Shown piece by piece: positions 27,157 through 35,072 of a DNA stretch of 64,000 bases. Within the stretch, counting starts at the first letter, position 1. Every line of letters begins with the position of its first letter. Both the position numbers and the translations under genes were made by a program. This DNA comes from an archaeon GW2011_AR19 (lineage in GTDB: Archaea; Nanobdellota; Nanobdellia; Pacearchaeales; GW2011-AR1): contig JWKY01000001.1 in the NCBI GenBank assembly GCA_000806015.1, forward strand, positions 43,569 to 107,568, written 5' to 3'. The notes beneath the pieces are model-generated. The model searched no databases, had not been told where the DNA came from, and saw only the letters and a list, made by a program, of their open reading frames with translations.

Positions 27157-29466
27157 ATGGAAATCGGATTTGATAACAGCACCATAAAGGAAGACATAAA
27201 CAACATTGTTAGAGATTTAGGAAATCTTTGTAAAAAGTTTGAAGGCAAAACTATACTTATAACCGGAGGCGCAGGATTTTTAGGAAAATATCTTGTTTGG
27301 TTTTTAATTTTTTTGAATAAAAATATTTTAGAAAGACCGTGTAAAATAATAATTTTGGACAACTTTATTACAGGAATTAAAGGCAGTCTTGAAGAAAATG
27401 AAAATACAATAATTATAGAACAAGATATTTCTAAACCTTTTAAAATAGAAGGAAATATAGATTATATACTGCATGCAGCAAGCATCGCTGCCCCTTTATT
27501 CTATAATAAATACAGATTAGAAACAATTGATGTAGGTTTTATAGGAACAAAGAATCTTTTAGAATTAGCAAAAGAAAAAAAAATTAAAAGTTTTTTATTT
27601 TTTAGCACAAGCGAAATTTACGGAAATCCAGATTCTAAATCTATTCCTACTCCGGAAACATATTTTGGAAATGTTTCATGTACGGGTCCAAGAGCAGCTT
27701 ATGATGAACCAAAGAGAATTGGTGAAACTTTATGCATGACTTATGCAGACATGTACAATCTTCCAATAAAAATAGTCCGCCCCTTTAATGTTTTTGGTCC
27801 TGGAATGAGATTTGATGACGGAAGAGGCGCAATAAACTTTGTTGTTTCCGCATTAAGAGGGGAAAAAATTCCTGTTTATGGCGATGGAAGAAATACAAGA
27901 ACCTGGACATATATTTCAGATGCGATCACAGCATTTTTCCAAGTTCTTTTATCAGATCATAATGGTGAAGCATTTAATGTAGGGTCAGATGAACAAGAAA
28001 TAGAAATGAGGCATCTCGCGCAGCTCGTTGCAGGATTAGTAAAAAATCAAAACATAGAAATTCATAATCTTGAAGGCCCAAATGAAGCTTATTCTAAGGC
28101 TGATGTAAATAGAAGATGTCCTGATTTAACAAAAATTAGAACAATGATTGGATTTATTCCGCGAGTTACTCTTGTTTCTGGATTAAAAAGATTTATAGAA
28201 TGGACAGAAGAAGCATTAAAAGAGCAGCAAAATCTTACGGGTTTTCAATTAAAATGCAGAATTTGTGAAAACCCTGAATTAGAAAAGGTTGTCTCTTTAG
28301 GAAAATCTCCTTTAGCAAATAATCTTCTTTCTATTGGCGATTTAAATAAAGATGAAGAATTATATCCTTTAGAAATAATGCACTGCAGCAAATGTAATTT
28401 ATGCCAGCTTTCATATGTCGTTCCTCCAGAAAAAATGTTCAAAAATTATCTTTATGTTACATCAACAACAGATTATTTTAAAAAACATTTCGGAGAATTG
28501 GCGGATAAAATAAAAAAAGAATTTAACTTAACAAATAATTCATTGGTAGTGGATATAGGGAGTAATGATGGTTTATTATTGAAAAAATTTAAGGAAAATG
28601 GAGTTAGAGTTGTAGGAATTGAATCAGCAGAGAATATTTGTAACCTTGCTAGAAGTGATGGAGTAGATACTTTAAGCGGATTTTTTAATGAGGATATTGT
28701 CGAAGAAATAGTAAAAATGAAAGGAAAAGCAGACGTCGTTACTGCAAATAATGTTTTTGCCCATGTGGGGAATATAAAAGGATTTATAAAAAATGTAAAA
28801 AATTTATTAAAAGATGATGGAATTTTTGTTATAGAAGTACAATATCTTCTTGATATGATACAAACTTTAACGTTTGATAATATCTACCACGAGCATCTCT
28901 CTTATTTCAGCGTTTTATCTTTAAATGAATTTTTCAAAAGACAAGATATGGAAATTTTTAAAGTTGAACATATTGATAGTCATGGAGGATCAATAAGGAT
29001 ATTTATCCAAAAAGCGAAAAAACATTTAAAGGATAACTCTGCAGAAGAATTTATTAGAAAAGAAATGTTTTTTGGTTTAGACAGCTCAAAAACTTATCAA
29101 GAATTTGGAAATAAATTAAACGGAATAAGAGAAAAAATAAGAGATTTTATAATAAAAACTAAAAAAGATGGGAAAAAAATTGTTGGTTATGGCGCGCCGG
29201 CAAAAGCAACAACTCTTCTAAATTATTATGATATAGATAATAAACATCTCGATTTTATTGTTGAAGACAATATTCTAAAACAAGGAAAAATTGTCCCGGG
29301 AGTAAGAATTCCAATTAAAAAAAAGGAAGTTCTTGATCAAATAAATCCAGATTATATTCTTATTTTAGCATGGAATTTTGCAGATGAAATAATGAAAAAA
29401 AATAATATCTATAAAGAGAAAGGCGCAAAGTTTGTCATTATTTCTCCAGAATTAAAAATTGTTTAG
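27157..29466 (+). CDS. fusion protein: N-terminal NDP-sugar epimerase/dehydratase (SDR) + C-terminal sugar C-methyltransferase (TylC3-like)
   Basis: N-terminal ILITGGAGFLGKYLVWFL Rossmann with YDEPK. From ~aa 365 there is a Zn-binding CRICENPELEKVVSLGKSPLANNLL...MHCSKCNLCQLSYVVPPEKMFKNYLYVTS (Methyltransf_13-like). It is followed by the SAM motif VVDIGSNDGLLL and a C-terminal C-methyltransferase domain. Confidence 0.7.
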   Translation: MEIGFDNSTIKEDINNIVRDLGNLCKKFEGKTILITGGAGFLGKYLVWFLIFLNKNILERPCKIIILDNFITGIKGSLEENENTIIIEQDISKPFKIEGNIDYILHAASIAAPLFYNKYRLETIDVGFIGTKNLLELAKEKKIKSFLFFSTSEIYGNPDSKSIPTPETYFGNVSCTGPRAAYDEPKRIGETLCMTYADMYNLPIKIVRPFNVFGPGMRFDDGRGAINFVVSALRGEKIPVYGDGRNTRTWTYISDAITAFFQVLLSDHNGEAFNVGSDEQEIEMRHLAQLVAGLVKNQNIEIHNLEGPNEAYSKADVNRRCPDLTKIRTMIGFIPRVTLVSGLKRFIEWTEEALKEQQNLTGFQLKCRICENPELEKVVSLGKSPLANNLLSIGDLNKDEELYPLEIMHCSKCNLCQLSYVVPPEKMFKNYLYVTSTTDYFKKHFGELADKIKKEFNLTNNSLVVDIGSNDGLLLKKFKENGVRVVGIESAENICNLARSDGVDTLSGFFNEDIVEEIVKMKGKADVVTANNVFAHVGNIKGFIKNVKNLLKDDGIFVIEVQYLLDMIQTLTFDNIYHEHLSYFSVLSLNEFFKRQDMEIFKVEHIDSHGGSIRIFIQKAKKHLKDNSAEEFIRKEMFFGLDSSKTYQEFGNKLNGIREKIRDFIIKTKKDGKKIVGYGAPAKATTLLNYYDIDNKHLDFIVEDNILKQGKIVPGVRIPIKKKEVLDQINPDYILILAWNFADEIMKKNNIYKEKGAKFVIISPELKIV

Positions 29467-29474
29467 TTTCTTTT

Positions 29475-30398
29475 TTGAAAATTTTAAAAATGAAAAAATT
29501 AAAAGTAGCAATTCTCGGCGCAGGAAATATTGGAAAGTTTCACGTTAGAGAATTCAAAAATGCTGGTTGTGATGTTGTTGCTATTTTAGGAAGTTCAGCA
29601 AAAAGTGTAAAAAAAGCTGCTGAAGAACTTTATAATATGTTTCGTGTTGAAGTTAGACAATATCATAATTTAGTTAGTTTACTGGAAAACGAAAAGATAG
29701 ATGCAGTGAGTATTTGCACTCCCCCTGAGCTGCATTCTAAACAAATAAAACAATGTTTAGAATATAGTCTGCACATATTATGTGAAAAACCCTTGGTATT
29801 TGATTCAAAATATGAAAATTACAAAATAGCGCAAAACCTTATTAAAACATCAAAAGAGAGGAAAAAAGTTTTGACAGTAAATACGCAGTGGCCATCAATC
29901 TTAGATAAACTTAATTTGAAAGAGAAAAAAATTAATAACTTTACAATGTATATGGAGCCCCCAGGATTCGGAGAAACAACAATAATTTCTGAAGCAGTTC
30001 CCCATATGAATAGCATACTTATTAGACTGGCTAATAGCGGGGAAGCGACTGATTTTAAATTTTATAAATCTAAAGAAGATATAAAAATAAAATTTAACTA
30101 TGAAAACAATAATAATATTTGTAAAGTTATTTATCACATTAAACCAAAACAAGAAAGGCCCAGAATTATTAATTTTTCTATAAATGATAAAGAATACAAA
30201 AGAGAAGTAACGAGAGAGAATCGGCATTTTATTGTAAGTAAGCGTATGAAACTGGAGATAGAAGATCCTTTGAAAGTTTCTATCAAAACATTTGTGGGGG
30301 CCATTATGGGCAGCGAACCATTAATATCCGAAACAGAACTTTTGGAAAATATAAAATTGCAGGACATTATATTAAAAAAACTTTCTTCACAAAAATGA
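29475..30398 (+). CDS. Gfo/Idh/MocA-family NAD(P)-dependent sugar oxidoreductase
   Basis: VAILGAGNIGKFHVREF...IDAVSICTPPELHSKQIKQCLEYSLHILCEKPL. Confidence 0.75.
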   Translation: MKILKMKKLKVAILGAGNIGKFHVREFKNAGCDVVAILGSSAKSVKKAAEELYNMFRVEVRQYHNLVSLLENEKIDAVSICTPPELHSKQIKQCLEYSLHILCEKPLVFDSKYENYKIAQNLIKTSKERKKVLTVNTQWPSILDKLNLKEKKINNFTMYMEPPGFGETTIISEAVPHMNSILIRLANSGEATDFKFYKSKEDIKIKFNYENNNNICKVIYHIKPKQERPRIINFSINDKEYKREVTRENRHFIVSKRMKLEIEDPLKVSIKTFVGAIMGSEPLISETELLENIKLQDIILKKLSSQK

Positions 30399-30411
30399 TT
30401 CTAATAATTTT

Positions 30412-31434
30412 TTAAAATTTGTTTTTCATGCTAAGATCTTCATTTAAAAACATTCTGCTTTCACCATTTTTAATTCTTTTTCTATATTTCATGCAATAAT
30501 AAAGAGCCTGCCATAAATATTTGGTTTTTAGAAAATTTTCTTTTTTTGGTTTTATTATAACTCTTAGTATGTTCAAAAAATTAATCCAAAATAATTCCCA
30601 GATTAGTTTTAAAGTTCCACCAAGATTGTAAAAATATCTGTAATAAAAATTAAAATGATCTTCATGATTTACAAAAATTCTTTTTTTATCAGGATATCTT
30701 TCAATATCTGAATAATGGTGATATGCTCTCACTCTTTTTGGAATCACCAAACTCCCGTTTCCATACTTAGTATAGACATGATAACCTAAATCAATATCCT
30801 CTGAAACATCATATCCAATTCTTTCTGGAATCTTGTAATTATCAAAAACTTTATCCCTATAACACATTATAAAACCAGATATCCACTGACAATCCCTAAT
30901 ATCTTTTTCAATTTTAGGCGTTGAAGTATTTCCATATGGTCCTAAAATTTTAAATTTATGATTATCTTTATGGGGTAAAAGAAAAAAACCTAAAATAAAA
31001 TTAAGAAGTTTAAATTTTAAAGAATTATATTTTTTGAAATCAAATTTATTGTAATCATTAATATCTACTGCGCCAACACCCATAATTTTTGGATTAGAAT
31101 TAAATTCTTTTAGAACCTCTTTAATAAATCCTTGGATTAATTCGGCATCATCATCTATTAAAATAATTATTTTGAATTTATTTTTAATTTTTATCAAAGC
31201 GTCATTTAATGCATTGTTTTTACTTGGTATTTTGTAATGTTTATATTCTATGAATTTGTTTTTTTTAAGATATATTTGCGCCATATTTTTTGTTTTTTCA
31301 TTTTTGCTTTGATCAAGAATAATAAGTTTTGCTGGATGTTCCTTTTGCAGAATAATGCTTTTTAAAAGCTTTTCTAAATCTTCCGAGCGATTATAAGTTG
31401 GGATAAGGATGCATACATCTTTTTCTTTTAACAT
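30412..31434 (-). CDS. family 2 glycosyltransferase
   Basis: VCILIPTYNRSEDLEKLLKSIILQKEH...IILDQS...IILIDDDAE (GT-A with DxD). Confidence 0.7.
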   Translation of the reverse strand: MLKEKDVCILIPTYNRSEDLEKLLKSIILQKEHPAKLIILDQSKNEKTKNMAQIYLKKNKFIEYKHYKIPSKNNALNDALIKIKNKFKIIILIDDDAELIQGFIKEVLKEFNSNPKIMGVGAVDINDYNKFDFKKYNSLKFKLLNFILGFFLLPHKDNHKFKILGPYGNTSTPKIEKDIRDCQWISGFIMCYRDKVFDNYKIPERIGYDVSEDIDLGYHVYTKYGNGSLVIPKRVRAYHHYSDIERYPDKKRIFVNHEDHFNFYYRYFYNLGGTLKLIWELFWINFLNILRVIIKPKKENFLKTKYLWQALYYCMKYRKRIKNGESRMFLNEDLSMKNKF

Positions 31435-31570
31435 GACTAAGCATTTATTTTACTATTAAAAAACCTTTCTCACTCAACCAACCACGAAAAATTTAAAAGA
31501 GCATAATTTTTTCATCTTTATTTTATTTAGTTTCAATAGAATATAGAAAAAAGATTTCTATTTATAAAAA

Positions 31571-33772
31571 TTAAATACAAGCCCCATTTGAACATCCCTT
31601 TGGACAGGTATACCATTCTGAAACTGTAGTCGCATAGGTCACTCCAGATACAACATTAGAAACACAAGAATATTCTGCTAATGAGCCAGTGACGCTACTG
31701 CAGAAGTCCCAATTATCTGCAGAAATAGGAGTAGATGAACCAATTGGACCATAATAACTATTTCCCTTTACATTATAATTTTTTCCTCCATCAGAATCTG
31801 TGCACCAAGTTCCTTGATTAGTTTGATTAGTTGTTGTGTTATTTCCTGTTTGATTTCCAAGAGTTTGGTTATAAGTATAATTTCCCGGTAAAGTAATATT
31901 TGTCTGATTTAAAGTCAAATTCCCAGTTTGATTTCCTGGAAGAGTAAAATTTGTTATATTCAAAATTACGCCGGTCAAATTAGTTTGATTTTTAGGAGGA
32001 AGAGTATAATTAGTTTGATTTCCAAGAAGTCCGGAAATTTCAATTGGTTTAACCTTGACTACCAAAAAATTCCACCAGGGTTTTTCTGAACTGATAATCT
32101 TACCAGTTTCGCTGTCAATTTGCGCTTCTAATTTTAATTTAATTTTAAACAAACCTATTAATCTGCCGTCTTTATCTTCTTTAGCAATATAAACTGCTCT
32201 TAGATTGTCTCCTTCTCCAACTTCTTTTAATTCAATATTAAATCCTTTGCTTTTTAATTTTTCCAATGCTATTTCAGATGCTTCATCTGGCATAATTTTT
32301 ATTTCCCGTTCATTTCCATTAGATAATTGGGCTTTAAGTTTTATTTCGTCGTCTTCAAATTTTTCTAATATTTTTAGCTCAGATTTAATTTCATTTTCAT
32401 TAATTATAATCTTTCTCTCAAGCGTTGCGCTTCCATCTGCTTTAACTTCAGTTTTAATTTCAATTTTAACTTCTTCCCCATTTTTATTTATAAAAGTCCT
32501 TTTTTCTCTAACTACGCTTGAACCATCTTCATTAATTTCTGCATTAATTTTAATCTTAATTTCATTTCCTTTTTTATCTGTAATTTTTTTAACTTCTTCT
32601 ATGAATTTTATATTCTCTTTAATTTCTTCTTTAATGCTGATTGTTTCTTCAAAAACTCCTAATGAAGAACTGCTCCCACTGCTTCCTCCTCCACCTGATA
32701 CTGTTCCTGCAGAAGCAGTTGTTGTGCTTGTTGTAGAAATAGTTGGAATTGTAGTTGTGGTGGATGAAGTTGTTGCATTTGTTTGATTAGTTGTTGTATT
32801 ATTCCTAGTTTGATTTGTTGTAGTTGAAACGCAAGCCCCATCAGAACATCCATTTGGACAAGTATAAATTTCAGCATCTGGTCCGCAAAAAAGTTCTACT
32901 ACAGCTGTTCCATCGCCATTGCAATAGTCTGAATAAGTGTAAGAACCATAAGTCCTAGCTCCTTTTACATTATAGTTTTTTCCCCCGTCGCTGTCTGTGC
33001 ATGTTGTTTGATTTGTCGTCGTAGTTGAAACACAGGCGCCATTAGAGCATCCATTTGGACAAGAATAATATTCTGAAGATATTCCATTAACAATAGCAAA
33101 GCCGTTAACAATGCAAAAATATTCTGCTACACTTTGACCATTGCAGTAATCTACATGATTTGGAGAATTTGAAGAGATAGTATTTCCTTTTATATAATAA
33201 TCCTTTCCCCCGTCGCTATCAGAACAAGAAATTCCTGTTTGATTAGTTGTATTTGTTGCAGCAGAAACACAAGCCCCATTTGAGCATCCGTTTGGACAAG
33301 TGTAAGTTTCTCCGCTTTGTTGTTTATCAGCAGTGCAGAAATATTCTACTAATGAATTTGAGCTGCTGCACAAATCTGTAACATCTATAGAAGATGTTGG
33401 CGAATTCGCAACAACATTTCCTTTAGTTGAATATGCTTTTCCTCCGTCGCTATCTGCGCAAGTAAAGGTGTTTGAAACACAAGCGCCAGCAACACAAGTT
33501 TCACCTGATGAGCAGGAGATTACAGAACTAAACTCTAAACAAGAATCAGAATCATAATTCCCGCAAGTTTTATAGCCGTCGCCAGAACATTGTTTTGCCC
33601 CGTTAGACGAGCAATCATCAGAACAGGTCAGATTTGTTGTATCATTTTCAGTAGTTTTTCCAGTTAATTTTTTCCAAAAATCTCCAAACCATGTTGCAGA
33701 CACAAATCCTATTGACATAATTAAAGTAATTAATATTAAAGAAATTAAAACAATTACTAAACTCTTTTTCAT
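31571..33772 (-). CDS. secreted modular surface protein: signal peptide, four Cys-rich ~65-aa modules, Thr-rich linker, beta-rich K/E repeats, dense N-glycosylation sequon cassette
   Basis: N-terminal MKKSLVIVLISLILITLIMSIGFVSA is a signal peptide. Four modules follow the pattern C.DSDGGK.Y..KG...C...E(Y/L).C...Y(T/S)CP(N/K)GCS(N/D)GAC. A TTTNQT...SGGGGSSGSSSS linker is present. About 16 N-x-T sequons lie in aa 583-655 (nt 31808..32026). Confidence 0.7.
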   Translation of the reverse strand: MKKSLVIVLISLILITLIMSIGFVSATWFGDFWKKLTGKTTENDTTNLTCSDDCSSNGAKQCSGDGYKTCGNYDSDSCLEFSSVISCSSGETCVAGACVSNTFTCADSDGGKAYSTKGNVVANSPTSSIDVTDLCSSSNSLVEYFCTADKQQSGETYTCPNGCSNGACVSAATNTTNQTGISCSDSDGGKDYYIKGNTISSNSPNHVDYCNGQSVAEYFCIVNGFAIVNGISSEYYSCPNGCSNGACVSTTTTNQTTCTDSDGGKNYNVKGARTYGSYTYSDYCNGDGTAVVELFCGPDAEIYTCPNGCSDGACVSTTTNQTRNNTTTNQTNATTSSTTTTIPTISTTSTTTASAGTVSGGGGSSGSSSSLGVFEETISIKEEIKENIKFIEEVKKITDKKGNEIKIKINAEINEDGSSVVREKRTFINKNGEEVKIEIKTEVKADGSATLERKIIINENEIKSELKILEKFEDDEIKLKAQLSNGNEREIKIMPDEASEIALEKLKSKGFNIELKEVGEGDNLRAVYIAKEDKDGRLIGLFKIKLKLEAQIDSETGKIISSEKPWWNFLVVKVKPIEISGLLGNQTNYTLPPKNQTNLTGVILNITNFTLPGNQTGNLTLNQTNITLPGNYTYNQTLGNQTGNNTTTNQTNQGTWCTDSDGGKNYNVKGNSYYGPIGSSTPISADNWDFCSSVTGSLAEYSCVSNVVSGVTYATTVSEWYTCPKGCSNGACI

Positions 33773-33866
33773 TATTTTATATATTAATTAGGGTTTATTA
33801 ATTTATTTGTGTTGATTTCTATTTTAGTTTCTAAATCTTTATAAGTCTTTTAAATATATTTCTTAT

Positions 33867-35072
33867 ATGAAAATACTTGAAGTATGCCCATATTCAGCAG
33901 GCATTTGCGGAGTTTGGACAAGAGTTTTGGAAGAATCTAAAAGATTAAGTAAACGGGGTTTTGAAATAAAAATTTTTTCTTCAAATGCTGTTAAAGGTTC
34001 AAATGAAATTGCTCCTTCACACGAAAAATTAGGCCCCAAAGGGGTCTCCTCTGGAGTAAAAATAGAAATTTTAAGATTTCCTTTTAAAAAATTAGGCGGT
34101 GAAAGTTTTATGTCTTGGGATTTTGAAAAAGAAGCGTTGAATTATTCGCCAGACATCATAATTGCTCACAATTATAGACATTTGCATACAACAAAATGTC
34201 TTAAAATTGCAGAAAAATTAAAAGGAGAAAACAAAAAATGCAAAGTTTTTCTTGTAACTCATGCTCCCTTTGAAAGAAAATTAACAAGAACTTTTTTGCA
34301 AAACTTAATTGTTAAAATTTATGATTTATTTATTGGAAGAAAAACAATTAATAAGTTTGATAAAATTTTGGCAATAACCAAATGGGAGATGCCTTATTTG
34401 CTAAAATTAGGAGCAAAAAAAGAAAAAATTATTTATATTCCTAATGGCATTTCTCCTGAATTTTTTAGTCTGAAAAAGCAAGCAAAAAAAGAACAAAAAA
34501 CAGGAAATTTTTTGACAAACTCGCCCAAGCGTGGTCGAGTTAAAGAAGAAAATAAGATATTATTTTTAGGCCGTATTTCTCCGATTAAAAATTTGGAAGT
34601 ATTAATTAAAGCAATGGATTTCGTTAAAAACAAGAAGATTTTATTGGAGATTGTGGGCCCCCCAGAAAAAAATTATTTTATAAAATTAAAAAATTTAATT
34701 AAAAAACTTGGACTAAATGATAAAATAAAATTTTCTTTACCAATCTATAATCTAAAAGAAAAGATAGCTAAAATAGATTCTTGCCAAATATTTGTCTTGC
34801 CAAGTAAAATGGAAGGCATGCCCCAATCTTTAATAGAAGTAATGGCAAGAGAAAAAATTGTAATTGGAAGCAATAGCTTGGCAATAAGGGATTTAATCGA
34901 GAATGGAGAAAATGGATTTTTATTTGAATTTAATGACCCAAAAGATTTAGCAAAAAAAATTGATGAAGCGCTTTCACAAAAAAATTTAGAAATAAAAAAA
35001 CAGGCAAGAAAAAGTGTTGAACATTTTTCCTGGAACAAAGTAATTAAAAAAATAGTGGGAGTTATACAATGA
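33867..35072 (+). CDS. family 4 (GT-B) glycosyltransferase
   Basis: C-terminal EX7E region EGMPQSLIEVMAREKIVIGSN...NGENGFLF. Confidence 0.75.
   Translation: MKILEVCPYSAGICGVWTRVLEESKRLSKRGFEIKIFSSNAVKGSNEIAPSHEKLGPKGVSSGVKIEILRFPFKKLGGESFMSWDFEKEALNYSPDIIIAHNYRHLHTTKCLKIAEKLKGENKKCKVFLVTHAPFERKLTRTFLQNLIVKIYDLFIGRKTINKFDKILAITKWEMPYLLKLGAKKEKIIYIPNGISPEFFSLKKQAKKEQKTGNFLTNSPKRGRVKEENKILFLGRISPIKNLEVLIKAMDFVKNKKILLEIVGPPEKNYFIKLKNLIKKLGLNDKIKFSLPIYNLKEKIAKIDSCQIFVLPSKMEGMPQSLIEVMAREKIVIGSNSLAIRDLIENGENGFLFEFNDPKDLAKKIDEALSQKNLEIKKQARKSVEHFSWNKVIKKIVGVIQ

Noticed and set aside
28245-30367. Small antisense ORFs within the SDR-C-MT fusion and Gfo/Idh/MocA genes (28245..28442, 29819..30367).
   Set aside because: Same reasoning: overlapping well-supported CDSs, with no motifs.
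32205-33557. Plus-strand ORFs (32205..32786, 33333..33557) and minus alt-frame ORF 32659..32877 inside the surface-protein gene.
   Set aside because: They are antisense or alt-frame read-throughs of a repetitive, compositionally biased gene, with Ser/Leu/Phe-rich low-complexity products.
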